In this document: piece after piece, positions 50,153-62,541 of the stretch
Numbering within the stretch: the stretch's first letter is position 1
How the letters are laid out: the number at the start of each line of letters is the position of its first letter
Position numbers and translations under genes: made by a program
Notes under the pieces: model-generated
Seen by the model: only the letters and a program-made list of their open reading frames with translations
Told to the model about the DNA's origin: nothing
The model's database searches: none
From: Scenedesmus sp. PABB004
Taxonomy: Eukaryota
NCBI GenBank assembly: GCA_014905635.1
Contig: JABVCE010000003.1
Coordinates: 1,550,001 to 1,614,000, forward strand
Length of the DNA: 64,000 nucleotides
Direction: 5' to 3'

Positions 50153-53100
50153 TCAGGTTCCGCTGCTAGCAGCTGAGCTGCAGCCGGTCACCTGCACCAG
50201 GACGTCGCCCGACGACGACAGCTTGCCGCCGCCGCCGCTCGTGGGCTCCGCGACGACGACGCTGCCAAACTTGACCGACCCGCACCCGCCGCCCTCGGTC
50301 GGCGCGCTGAGCGGGCCGAGCTGGCCGATGGCGGTCCACGCCTTGGTGAAGCAGAGCGCCTCGGGCGTCGCCGGCGGCCGGCTGCCCACGAAGCTCACGG
50401 GCGGCCCCGCGCTGCTCGCGTTGGCGAGGTTGGACGTCGACGCCTCCTCCGACACCATGACGCAGCCGCCGAGCGTGATGTTGGGCGCGCCCGCGAGCCG
50501 CACGCTCAGCGGCGCGCTCGGCTCCCACGCCCGCCCGTCGGGCGCGAGCGCGAGCGCCGCCGCCGTGACGGTGGCCGGCGCGTCGCTGGGCAGCTGCGCG
50601 GTGTAGGTGCAGTTGACACCCGCGCCCCCGCCGGCGGCCGCGGGCGGCACCACCAGCACGGCCGCGCCGGTGGCGCCGGCGGGCCCCGCCGCCGCGCGCA
50701 TCGCGCTCGCGGGGCAGACCGCGCTGACCTCCAGCGGCGCGTCCAGGCCCGCCTGCGCGACCGTCACGCGCACCTCGGCCAGCGGCAGCGGCGCCGCGCC
50801 GGGGTTGGTCACGCCGACCACGCCCTTGACCTGGAAGAGCCGCGGTGGCGCCGCGTCGCCCGGCGCGGCGGCGGGCGCGCTGCGCCGCAGCACGACGCTG
50901 TGGTTGAACAGCGCCACGCCGCCGGCCGGCGCGGCCATCATCACCAGCAGCGGCGCCGCCACGCGCTCAGCCGCGGGCGCGGTCGTGACCGCGGCCGAGA
51001 CCGCGGCGCCGGCGGCGGGCGCGAGCGGGCGCAGCGTGTGCTCCAGCGTCCACTGGAAGCTCTGGCCGAGCGCGCCGACCGCGGGCGGCGCCAGCGTGAG
51101 CAGCGGCGCAGCGTCGGGGCAGCCCAGCACGCGGAGGGAGGCCGCGGCGGTCGCGGTCGCGTTGGCGGCGCCGCCGCCCAGGCCCGCCGTGAGCACCGCC
51201 TGCTGGTTGCCGCAGCTGCTGGCGGGCAGGGGGCCAAAGGTGGCGTTGAAGGCGTAGGTGAAGGGCTCGCACAGCCGCGCCGGCGCGGCGGGCGGCGGCG
51301 GCATCGCGCCGGCGGTCGCGGCGGGCTGCAGCGGCGCCGCCGCGCCGGCGGCGGGCGCGGCGCCGTCGAAAGCGGCCGACACGCTGGCGCACCTGCGTGG
51401 CGGCAGCGGCGGCGGCGGCGGCAGCGCGGCGTCGGCATCGGCTAGGAGCGGCCAGGGTTTAGAGGCATAGGCCCCCTGAACCCATCACTCTAACTTAAAC
51501 CCTGAAGCCTAGATCGCGGCGCCGCACCGCCCCGACTCGTAGACGGTCGCGTGCTCCCAGTCGAGCGGCCAGGGCGCCGGCGCGTCGGCTGCCTCGCCCG
51601 TGGATGTCTCGAGGCGCATCTCCACGACAGAGGCAAAGTCGTCCGGCACCGCCGCCACAAAGCTGCAGTAGAACGGCTGCGGCGACCCCGGCTCCGGTGC
51701 GGCCTCCTCCTCCGCGCCCGGCTCGGCCGCAGGCTCCGGCTGCGCCGCGGCCGCGCCGTCCGCCCCCGCGCCGCCACCGTCGCCGCCCGCCACCGCGCCC
51801 CTGCCGCGCCGGCCGAGCTTGATGTCAAAGGGCAGCCAGCGCGGCCGACTGGGCGCGGCGGGCGCGGCCGGCGGGGCTGGCGCGGATGCTGCCGCGGCCT
51901 CCGCGCCCGCGGCGGCCGCTGCGAGTGCAATCGGCGAGGCCGGCAGCGTGAACGACAGCACGGCGCCGTCGGGCGCGGCGTCGTCGGGCGCGGCGCCGTC
52001 TGCGCCGCCGGCAGCCGCGGCCGCGGCCGCGTCGTCGGGCGCGGCGCCGTCTGCGCCGCCGGCAGCCGCGGCCGCGGCCGCGGCCGCGCGCGCGGTGGCG
52101 GCCTCTGACGCGACGACGTAGTCAGACGCGCAGACGGCCGCGCCGGTGAGGGGCGGCTCGCCGTCGGGCCGCGACAGGCTGTAGCGCGCGGCCGCCACGG
52201 TCAGCGGCGTGGCGTGGGGGTTGATCACGCCCAGCAGGCCCTGCACCTTGCGCCCGCCGACCGCGTCGGTGCGGCTGTAGCTGACCGCCCACTGCGACGT
52301 GGCGCGGGCGGCGTACTGCATCGCGCCGCTCGGCGGGGCCGACGCGTTGACCGCCCACGCAAAGGTGCGCTTGGCGGTGAGCTGCAGGTCCGCCCAGGAG
52401 AGCTCGGGCACGACGCCGCAGCCGGTGAGCCGCAGCGGCGAGGTCAGCACGGCGCTGACGGCCGGCTCGGCCGGCGCGCCGCCGGTCGCGCGGGGCTTGA
52501 CGGTCAGCGCCAGCACGCCCTGCGCGCCAGGGCGGGACGCGAGAGGGCGGGGGCAGGAGGAAGGCGGCGGCTGGGCGCGCGCGCGCACGAGCAAGCGGTC
52601 GCGCGCGATCACGCGGCCCGCGCGCGGCCGCCGCGCCGCACCAGGCTGCTGCCGCAGTCGGCGGAGGTGAATCCCTCGTACGCCTCCACCCAGCTCACGG
52701 CCTCGCCGGCGCACACGGTCAGCGGCTGCTGCTGCTGGCCCAGCAGGCGCGCCGGCGCGGCGGGCGCCGGCGGCGCGGTGCCCTCGACCAGCCGCGCGGG
52801 CGCGACCAGCCGCTCGCCGCCCTCGCCGCCGACCGCCGCGAGCGCGGCGGCGAGGTCGGGGCTGGCCGCGAGCTCCTCGGCCGGCACCGCCGACACGTTG
52901 GCCACGCGCATCGCCCACACGTCCGCGCAGGCGCGCTCGGTGAGCGGCGCGGGCGCGAGGCCGGCGACGTCAAAGCGCTGCGGCGGCCCGCTGTCGACCT
53001 CTGCCGGGTTGGCCGACAGCGGCGTGCGATACTGCGCCTGGACCGTGCCCGAGCCCACGCCGGGCGGCAGCGGCGCCGCAAAGGTGCAGCGCAGGCTGCC

Positions 53101-54549
53101 GGGCGCGAGCACCTGCGGCGGGACGACGATCGCGCCCTGCGCGCCGAGCGGGCACGTCGCCGCCACGGCGATCGGCGCCGGCGGCGCCGCGGCGCCCGCG
53201 CCGGGCGCGCTCGCGTTGGCGCCGCCCGGCGGGTCGGGCGTGAGCAGCACGCGCACGGCCGCGAGGACGTACGGCACCAGCTGCGTGTTGGTGAGCTCCA
53301 CGCTGCCCGCGAGCGCGTCCGGGCCGTCCGGGGCGCGCTCGAGGCTGAGCTCGGAGCGCACCAGCACGGTCGCGTTGAACGGGACAGCCGCGCCGGGCGC
53401 CGCGCCCTGCACGGCGCTGCTGGTCGAGACGAGCCAGCGCGCGGCGCCGGCCTTGCCCGTGCCGAGCGGGCCGAGCGACACCGCGGGCTTGACCAGGCCC
53501 AGCAGGTCCCGCTGGCGGCACCCGCTCGCCACGAGCGTCCCGCCGGCGGGCTTGATGTCGGCCGAGGCAAAGCCGCCGACCGCGAGCGCCGGCGCGTTGC
53601 GGAACTGCGGCGGCGCGCATCGGCGCGGGTGGGCGCGTCAGGCGCGCCGCCGCGCATGCCGGGCGCGGGGCCACGCGCGCGCGCAGACCTGGAAGGTGCC
53701 GCAGACGTCCGTCGCGCCAAAGGGCCCCACGGCCATGGAGTAGGTGAAGCTGGCGGCCTGCTCGCACACCTGCACGCCGCCGGCAAACAGCTGCGCGCCC
53801 GGCGAACCCGACGCGGCGGGCTGCAGCACAAAGCCTGCGCTCGCGGCGCCAGCGTCGACCGCGTCGCGTAGCGTGGCGCACGCGGTGCTGGTGTCGGCGC
53901 CCGCCGGCGCCGCCGCCGGCGCCGCCGGCCAGGACACCGGCAGCAGCTCGCCGAGCACCCCGCGCACCGCGCCCGCCAGCTGCACGCTGGGCTGGACGGT
54001 GGTGACGCCCGGGCGCGTGCCGAGCTGGAGGTTGAACGCGCAGGACGCCGACTCCCCGGGCGCGAGGTCGCGCGGGCGGCACGACTCCAGCACGCGCTGC
54101 GTGGGGCCCAGCAGCGGCAGCCCCGGGCCGAGCAGCAGGCGGATGCCCTCCACGCGCACTGGCGCGTCGCCGCCGTTTGACAGCACCACGCGGCCCGCCA
54201 GCGCGAAGCCCGTGCCTGCCGAAGCGCGCGACACGTCGACGCGCCAGGTCGCGACGGCAGACGCAGTCCCGCCGTACAGCGTCAGCGTGCTCGGGCTGGG
54301 GCTGATCAGGCTGCTGCGCACCGTCCAAGCCTGCGCGGGGCCGACCTGGGGATCGAGGCCGCGCACGGCGACGCGGAAGCCGCCGCCGGCAGCGCCCGCA
54401 GCGGCGGCGCCGCCGCTCAGCAGCGCCAGCAGCGCCAGCAGGCCTGCACGTGCAGACGGGGCGGCGCTGCGTGGGCTGGGGCGCGGCCGCAGCTCGAGCG
54501 GAGGCCAGCATCTGCCTGCCCCCCTGCGCTCGCCTGTCCGGCGCGCCAT
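50153..54549 (-). CDS. Putative secreted protein built from four ~270-330-aa Cys-patterned beta-rich repeats
   Basis: N-terminal hydrophobic LLALLALLSGGAAAA; four modules, each with W-x-V/L, G-x-V-x-(V/L)-x-N and a C..C..C..C..CG..GC pattern; introns near 54445-54534, 53606-53687, 52520-52641 and 51393-51530. Confidence 0.65.
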
Positions 54550-54821
54550 CGAAACCATCGCTTTTGGAGTGTCAAAGAGCTCCTGAAGTCATGGCGGGGG
54601 CCGCAGAAGCCTGGGCGCGCAGAGGGCAAAACTGGGAGCGCGGGAAGGGGCGTCGCGGCCCGCCCGCGGGCGGCGAGTGCGTGCGGAAGCGTCTACGAGT
54701 CGCGGAACGTGGCTTGGCAGCGCAAATTGGCCCCGCGCGCGCGAGCTGCGTGCGTGATGGCGCCGCGTACTGCCGGCTGCAGCTGCGCGCCGCGCAACGA
54801 TTGCTCCGCGCCCTCACGCCC

Positions 54822-56760
54822 TCACGCCGTCAGCCGCAGCGGGCTCACGAGCAGAGCCAGGTCCGCCACGGGCTGCGCCGTGAGCGCGCGCCGCGCCGCG
54901 CGCCGCCGGCCGCGCTTTGCGGCCTTGGCGAGCGTGTCGCGCGCGAGCGGCGCCCACTGCGCCGCGGTCGAAAAGTCATCGATGCCCATGCCTGGAGGGT
55001 TCAGGGCCGAGGTGGGGAGGGGGCGGGCGAGGCGGAGGGCTCGGCCGGGCGGCGGCGGCGCGCGGCGAGTGCCGCAGCGGCGAGCGCCAGCGCTGCGTCC
55101 GCGCGCGCACCGTTGGCCATGCCGCGCAGCAGCTGCACCACGCGCAGCACGAAAAACATGTCGGGCGGGAAGCGCTCGATCGCGGCCTGCTTGATGGGCG
55201 AGTTCTTGTCAAAGGGGTCCACCTGCGGGCGCCGCCGGTGCGTTCGCGGCCTCAGGAGAGGCCCGAGCGCTGGGCCCGCTCGTGCGCCCGGCCGCGCACC
55301 CGGCCGCGCGTGTCAAACATGCCGAACGCCATCTCCGCGCGCAGCGCCGCGTCGTCCTTGGACGTCTCCACGCGCAGCGCGCCCAGCGCGGCCGAGATGG
55401 CAGCCGCGTCGCCCCTGCGCGCCAGCGCCGGCGCGCCCGCCCGTCGGCGCGCCGCGCCGCGCCCAGTGCCGCCCCGCCCCGCCGCCGCGCCCCGCCGCGC
55501 CTTGCCGCGCCCCGCCCCGCCCCGCCGCTCTCCGCCCTCTGCGCGCGCCGCACCGGTCCATCGCGAGCACGAGCTCCGCGAAGCTCGCCCGGTCGGCCTC
55601 GCCGAGCTGCTTGCTCTGCCCATAGTCGAGCAGCGCGACGCGGCCGCCCGGCTGGACCATGATGTTGCCCGGGTGCCCATCCGCCTGGAAGAGGCCCTCA
55701 CCCAGGATCATGCGCCCGTACGCCTCGCTCACGCGCGACAGGATGCGCCGCGCCGCCTGCACGGCCGCGCCGGCAGCCACGACGGTGGACGCGCGCGGGC
55801 GGCGGCGGGCGTGCGCGGGCGGCGGCGGTGCGCGGGCGCCAAGGCGGCAGGCGCGCCGCAGGCGGCGGCCGCGGGCGCGGCGCACCTTCTCGCGCTTCCA
55901 CGCGGGCAGGTGGGCGACCTTGTCGCGCAGCTGCGTGAGCGGCACGCCCTGCGCGCGCGGCGGTGGCGGGCGTCGGCGGGCGGGCGGGCGCGCGTCCCGC
56001 GGCTGCGCGCCCGCGCGCGGGCCTGCCCCCTCCTCACACTCGCCCGTCCACACACAGCCCCGCCCACCTCCATGAAGGTCATCACCATCAGCCGCTGGCT
56101 CACCAGCCCCGGCACGCTGCGCGGCACGACGACGCGCCCCGACAGCGGCGCCAGGTGGGCCGCGATCGTGTCCATCACCCGCGCCTCCCTGGCGGGCGGT
56201 GCGGCGCGCGCGCCGCGCCAGCACGGCGTCACACGGCGGCCGCGGCGGCGGCAGGCGGCGGGCGCGGCGGCCGGCTGCGCGGCGGCGGCGGCGGCGGCGC
56301 GGCCGCGCGCGCACGCCGCAGCAGCGGCCAGCCGCAGCAGCCAGCCGGGGCGGCGCACCGCATGAAGTCGAACTCGAGGTGTATCTGGCGCTGCATCTCC
56401 TCGACCGCGCTGAGCAGGTCAAACTTGAGCTCCGTCTTTTGCAGGAACGCCGACGTCGCGCGCAGGTTGACCAGGTCGAGCGTCATCGTCGCGAGCGCGC
56501 CCGGGTACTGCACCTTGACCGCGACCAGCCCGCCGTCGGGCACGCTGCCCGCGGCCGCCGCGTGCGCGACCGCGGCGGCCGCGGGGCTCGTGACGGCCGG
56601 CAGGCCCGCGCCGTCGGCGGGCGCGCGCCGCGCGGCGCCGCCGCCGCGGCGCGCGCCGCCCGCGACGAGCGGCAGCAGGTGCCCGCCCTTGCCGAGCTCG
56701 CCGCCCCCGGCGAGGAAGCTCGCGCCCGGCTCCAGCGCCCAGTCGCTGCTGCCGTCCGCC

Positions 56761-56795
<35 letters not shown>

Positions 56796-58114
56796 GCCGT
56801 CGCCGCTGCCGCTGCTGCTCGCGGCGCTGGCCTCGCTGGGCGCCCTGCTGCCGCCGCCGTCGGCCGCGCCGCCAAACCAGGCCGCCAGTCCCTGCAGCCC
56901 CCGCCCGCTGCCGCCGCGCTGCCGTGCGGCGGGCTGCTGCTTCTGCTGCTGCTGGAAGTGCTGCAGGCCCAGCACGACGGGCACCTGCAGCACCTCGCCC
57001 GGCTGCAGGTCGTCGAGGTCGGCCGACCGGTTGGCCGCCGCCAGCTCAGCGAGGCTGATGCCGTGGCTGTTGCAGATGCTCCACGCGGTGTCGCCCGGCG
57101 CGACCGCCACCGGCGCGAGCAGCCCGCGCTCGCGCCGCGCCAGGCTGTGCAGCGCGTCGCGCGGGAAGCGCCGCAGGCGCGCCTTGTGGACCTGCGGCGC
57201 CGGCGGCGGGGGGCTGGGCGCCGCGCGCCGCGGCGCTCGCGCGCGGCCGCGCCCCCTAGCCCCAGGGCGCCCCTCGCCCGCCCCCACCCCTCTGGGCCGC
57301 CGCCCCGCGCCCACCACGCCGCCCGCCGCCCGCCGCCGCGCGGCGCCGCCGTGCCTGCGAGATTGACGCGGAGCCGATGGGCTTGTCAAGGTCGATCCAT
57401 TCAAACACCTCTGACAGCTCCTGGATGCCCAGCTCCTCGCACACCACCTGGCGCGCGCGCGCGCGCGCGCGCGCGCGTGAGGCGCCAGCGGCGAGCGGGC
57501 CGTGCTCGGAGCGCAGCGGCGCCAGGCCCCCGGCGGCGCGGCGCGCACCTGCTGTGCGCGCTCGCGGCTCATCGGCGGCACCTGGTCCTGCAGCAGGCAG
57601 AGCCGTGCGCAGATCTGCTCCGGCACAAAGTCGGCGCGCGCGCCAATGAACTGCCCCGCCTGCGGCGCGGCGCGGCGCGGCGCGGCGGGCAGCGGGCCTC
57701 GGCGGCGCGGCAGGCCTCGGCGGCGCGGCTCGGCGGTGCAAGCGGCTGAGCGGCGGCACAGCGGCGGCGGCGCGCCTTGAGGTAGAAGCCCCGCAGGCTG
57801 ATGCAGAGGTCGTACATGGCGTCGCCTGCGCGGTGCAGCGGCGGCGGCGCACTCGTGCGGCGCACTCGTGCGGCCGCGTGCGGAGCCGCGCCCGCCTGCG
57901 CGCGCGGGGCGCGCCGCGCACCCGCCCACGCGTGCTGCGCGTCCCAGAGCGGCCGCGTGTCGCGCCCCTGGGCGGCCGCGAGCGCCGCGCGCAGCTGGGT
58001 GAGCTTGTAGGCGGTGTATATGTGCGCGACGCGGCCGAAGAACGCGCCGCTGCGGACCAGGTTCTGCACCGGCCGCGGCGCGCGCGCCAGGAGGTCGTGC
58101 TCCGGCGCCGCCAT
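54822..58114 (-). CDS. ABC1/UbiB/ADCK atypical kinase with an internal LysM domain, ~11 exons
   Basis: LRGFYLKAGQF, LQDQVPP, PIGSASISQVHKA, VAVKVQYPG, EFDFMREA, MTFMEG, FQADGHPGNI, LLDYG; LysM at 56979-57110. Confidence 0.9.
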
Positions 58115-58816
58115 GCCACCGGCGGGGGGACCCGGGGAGGGCGGGGGCGCGGGGCGACGGCCTGCGCGGCGGCGGCGCCGGGTGGGCGCGCGGCGCAGCG
58201 GCGACCGCGCCGCTGCTGCTGCCGCGCTGCCGCCGGCCGCGCTCGCCGGCGCGGGCGCGACGCGCCGCACCGCAATGCTGGCGCAGAGTCTGATGCGCCC
58301 GGCGTGGAGCGCGGCTGGCAGCCGGAGACCGCGCGCGGTCGCTGCTGCCGCTGCTGCTGCCGCTGCGGCGTGCGCGAGCGGCATGCGCGGGCGGCGTGTG
58401 CGTGATCGTCGAGATCGCGGTGGAGCCGTGCGCGATCCGGCCCGCTGCTGTGGAAACGCGGGCTCAACGTGTGAAGACGCTCGACGGCGGCGTCACAGCA
58501 CCCGGGGCGCAGCGCATGTGCGCGGCGGACCGGCTGCGCGCACCACGCACGCTTCACCAGGGCGCGCTGCTGCTGCTGCGCTGAGGCCGCCGGCAGCGCG
58601 CTCGCCTGCGCGCCGCGCCGCCGGGTCGGCGCTGCGCGCGCTGCCGGGTCCTCGCCGCTGGCAGCCGGCGCGCCGCTGGCGGCCCAGGGCTGCCCCAGCT
58701 CTGGCGCGCGCACTCCGCACGCCAGCTGGCACCGCGCCTGCTCGGCGCTGCGCGCGCAGGCGCGCCGGCAGGCGCTCCGGGGGGGGGGTTGCGTCTGACG
58801 AGGGCGGCCGCAGCCG

Positions 58817-59475
58817 TCATCGCTCGTCCCGGTCCTGCTGCTGCTGCTGCTGCTCCTGCTGCTGCTGCTGCTCCTGCTGCTGCGCCGACTGCTGCTGCCC
58901 CGCCGCCGCCGCCGCCGCCGCGGCCGCCGCCGCGGCCGCCGCGGGCCGCTTGGCCAGCCCGCCGCCGCCGGCGCCGGCGCCGGCGTGCGCGAGCGTGCCG
59001 AGCAGGCAGCGCTCGAGCAGCGCGTGGCCGTTGACCCAGGGGTGGTACTTGTTGAACAGCGCCGTGCCGTCCCGCCCCGCCGCGCGCAGCAGCACGTCGG
59101 CGCCGCCCGGGTGGAATCTAAGGTAGGGCGTGATGTTGTACACGCGCCCGCCGAGCGCCATCCACGCGTCGTCGGGCGCCGCGTGCGCGCGCAGCTCGGC
59201 GGCGCTGATGTCGCGCCGGCGCCCGTGGCCGCCTGCGCGCGCGGCGCGTGGGCGGGGCCGAGGGCGCGGGCACGCGGGCGCGCGCGCGCCGCGCCGCGCC
59301 CGGCGTCGCCGCGCCGCACCCGTGAGGTCGGCGCTCGAGCGCGACACGCGCAGCCAGTCGACCTGGCTGAACCCCTTCTCGAGAGGCACCTTGTTGCGCC
59401 GCCCCTCTGCGGCGACCTGCGGAGCCGCGCGGCGTTCACGAGGGCGCGGCGCGCAGCGGCGCAGCAGCGCAGCCC

Positions 59476-59507
<32 letters not shown>

Positions 59508-59743
59508 CGCACCTCCTGCACCCGGCGCGGCGCCGCCGGCCGCTCCCCGGCGGCGCCGGCGTGCACGACCGTGGACCGCGCCGTCAACGGCAGCTGCGGC
59601 GCGGCCAGCGACGCGGTGAGGCCGCGCGCAGGCGGCACGCCCGCGCTGCCCCAAACGCAGCACGTCGCGGCGCTGCGGCCCCAGCGCGTGTGCACCTTGG
59701 GCGCCGCCGGCAGGCTGGGGAAGCTGAAGCCCTCGTCCCCCAT
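58817..59743 (-). CDS. Cytochrome b5-like heme-binding protein (RLF/Irc21/CYB5R4 N-terminal type), 4 exons
   Basis: RNKVPLEKGFSQVDWLR, DAWMALGGRVYNITPYLRFHPGG, AGRDGTALFNKYHPWVN...LERCLLG. Confidence 0.9.
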
Positions 59744-59954
59744 CGCTGTACCTGACTGCGCGCAGCACGGGCGAGCGAGCAGGGCGGCGGGCGTCGGGGC
59801 AGGCGCGGCCCAGCGGCGGCAACCGCTGCAGCAGCGGCGCCCGCGGCGCCGCGCGCAGCCCAGTGGCGGCCACATGGCTACTTCGTGGCACGCTGCACAG
59901 CCATGTTCCGACCACCGGCGGTCGCGGGGGCCCGCGGAGGCGCGCCGCGGCGCC

Positions 59955-60295
59955 GGCAGGGCGCGCCAGCTGCCGCCGGCATCCCGCCCCCGCCCCGCCG
60001 CACCCGGGCCGCGCCTCGCCGCCGCGCCGCTCGCTCCGGTCTCTACGCACGCCGCTCCAGCCCCTTGCCTGCTCCGCCCGCCCCCAGGCGCCCGCAGGGG
60101 CCGGGGCGGTGCTGCTGCTGCGGGCTGGCGGCGCCGCGCGTGCCGTGTGTGGGGCGGTGCCGGCGGGCCGTGCGGGCGCGGCTGGGGTGGCGAGCGGGCG
60201 CTGTGACGGCGGGCCCCTGCAGCGGCGGGGAGGACACGGCCGCCGAGCGCGCGGGCGGGCAGGCGGCGCGCTGAGCCCTGCGCCGCCGCCACGCG
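59955..60295 (-). repeat. Dispersed repeat family A copy
   Basis: Aligns to 36611-36923 and 8236-8465. Confidence 0.85.
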
Positions 60296-60670
60296 CGGCA
60301 AACGGTGCGGCCGGGCGCCGGCCCCCCGCTGCGCGGCAGTGCCAGGCAGGCGCCAGGAGGAGGTTGGGCTGGCGCACCGCCGCCGCTGGGCCTAGCGCAG
60401 GCGCTGGGGCGCAGCTGTCGCGTGCGGGGCACGCAGGTGGGCTGTCCACGCGCGACCTCTCTCTCCGAGCTCGAGGCAGCGCCGACGCGCGCTCTCAGTG
60501 AAGCGGGCTGGCGCGGCACACGCACGACAGGCGGGCAGAGCGGCGGAAGGGACGGCAGCGGCGGCCAGCACGGCAGGCCACGGCGCGCGGCGCAGCAGCG
60601 CACACGCGCAAACAGCACGCGCCAGCGGCCGCGTCGCAGAGGGGGGAGCCGGGCTTTCCGGGGGGTTGGT

Positions 60671-60686
60671 GGTGTTGAAAAACACC
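60671..60686 (-). terminator. Histone mRNA 3' stem-loop (H2A copy 3)
   Basis: Same hairpin. Confidence 0.9.
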
Positions 60687-60798
60687 ATTTTTTGGGGTGC
60701 GCTCGCGCGCGGGCGGCCGGCCGGTGGCGCGGCGCCCGCCGCGGCTGGCGCCACTGCCGGAGCAGCAGCGCCGGGTGTGGCCGGGCGTCGCTGCCGGT

Positions 60799-61188
60799 TT
60801 ACTCGGCGGCGGCCTCGCCCTTCTTGCCCTTCTTGGGCAGGAGCATGGTGTGGATGTTGGGCAGCACGCCGCCGGAGGCGATGGTCACGGTGCCCAGGAG
60901 CTTGGAGAGCTCCTCGTCGTTGCGGATGGCGAGCTGGATGTGGCGGGGGATGATGCGGTTCTTCTTGTTGTCACGCGCGGCGTTGCCGGCCAGCTCCAGC
61001 ACCTCGGCCGCGAGGTACTCGAGCACCGCCGCGAGGTACACGGGCGCGCCCGCGCCGATGCGCTCGGCGTAGCGGCCCTTCTTCAGGTAGCGCGCCAGGC
61101 GGCCCACGGGGAACTGGAGGCCCGCCTTGGAGGAGCGGGACACCGCCTTGCCCTTGGCCTTGCCGGCCGCCTTGCCGCGCCCAGACAT
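60799..61188 (-). CDS. H2A: Histone H2A (copy 3)
   Basis: Identical protein to copies 1 and 2. Confidence 0.99.
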   Translation of the reverse strand: MSGRGKAAGKAKGKAVSRSSKAGLQFPVGRLARYLKKGRYAERIGAGAPVYLAAVLEYLAAEVLELAGNAARDNKKNRIIPRHIQLAIRNDEELSKLLGTVTIASGGVLPNIHTMLLPKKGKKGEAAAE

Positions 61189-61493
61189 GGTGGCTGCTGA
61201 GTCGGGGTGGGGGTTGACTGCGGGGTGCTGGGTCGCTGCTGCAGCGGTGTTGCCGGCGGCGGGCCCGTGAGGGCGCTCATATACGCGCCCACGCCAGCGA
61301 GGAGGCGGGCGGGCGGCAGCGACGGCTCGAGCTCAGGCGGGGCGGTCTCGCGCTCTGAGCTGAGCTGAGTGCGGCGCGCACGTTGTTGCCCCGCGCCCTG
61401 CCCTACAAAAGGCCCGGCCCCGCCCCCCGGCGCCCAACCCGTGCCCTCGTCGCACCCAGACGCACCCCCCGCACCCCCCACCAGCCCGGCACC

Positions 61494-61859
61494 ATGGCCC
61501 CCAAGGCCGCTGAGAAGGCTCCGGCCAAGGCGCCCGCCAAGAAGACCACCGACGGCAAGGGCAAGAAGAAGAAGGTCTCCAAGGCCGAGACCTACAAGAT
61601 TTACATCTACAAGGTGCTCAAGCAGGTGCACCCCGACACCGGCATCAGCTCCAAGGCGATGTCCATCATGAACAGCTTCATCAACGACATCTTTGAGAAG
61701 ATTGCCGGCGAGGCCTCCCGCCTGGCCCGCTACAACAAGAAGCCCACCATCACCTCGCGCGAGATCCAGACCGCCGTGCGCCTCATCCTGCCCGGCGAGC
61801 TCGCCAAGCACGCCGTGTCTGAGGGCACCAAGGCCGTGACCAAGTTCACCTCCGCCTAA
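61494..61859 (+). CDS. H2B: Histone H2B (copy 3)
   Basis: Identical protein to copies 1 and 2. Confidence 0.99.
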   Translation: MAPKAAEKAPAKAPAKKTTDGKGKKKKVSKAETYKIYIYKVLKQVHPDTGISSKAMSIMNSFINDIFEKIAGEASRLARYNKKPTITSREIQTAVRLILPGELAKHAVSEGTKAVTKFTSA

Positions 61860-61944
61860 GCGCGCCCACGGCGGCACCCGGCTGTGCCACGCGCCCGCGC
61901 CGTGCCAGCCGCGGCGCGGCGGCGGCGGCCAACCCCCTCAAAAT

Positions 61945-61960
61945 GGTGTTTTTCAACACC
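61945..61960 (+). terminator. Histone mRNA 3' stem-loop (H2B copy 3)
   Basis: Same hairpin. Confidence 0.9.
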
Positions 61961-62541
61961 ACCACCCCGGCCTGGAAAGCAGCAACTCTGCGCGCGCGAG
62001 TGCAGGCTGGCGGGCCGCAGCGTTGCGCGCAGCAGCGGCAGCGTGCGTGCACCAGCCTGCAGCAGCACACGGCGCGCCTCAGCTGGCTGCGGCAGCGCGT
62101 CGGGGCGCGCGTGGCTCGCTGCGGCCAGCAGTGTGCGTGCGCGCAGCTGCCGGGGCGGCTGGCTGCGTCGGCGCACACCGCACACGCGCGCAGCGCCTGG
62201 GCGCGCCCGCGCCGCTGCTGAGACCTGGCGCCGTGACGGTGCCGCCGCGCGCTGCGACCGCCTGATCGGGGGCGCCCGCTCCCGCGCTTGGGCAGACGCC
62301 CGGCCTCCTCGCCCGCGCGCGCACGCCTCGGCTGACGGGCGCCCAGGCGTGCGCCAGGCCGCCCGCCGGCGGCATCCCCCGCCGCTGCTCCGGCCGCCGC
62401 GCCCGCCCGCCGCCTCCGGCCCACGCGCCCGCGTTCCGGTGACAGCAAGCTCAGCACTCACGCCGCGTGCCTCTCCGCGGCCAGGCGCGCGCACGGCAGG
62501 CCGGCGTGGACGCAGCAGCAGCGCCGCCCTCAGCAGCCGCC

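Noticed and set aside
51978..52085. ~51-bp direct repeat
   Set aside because: In-frame duplication of a low-complexity linker (AAAAAAGGADGAAPDD) in the secreted protein, not a mobile element
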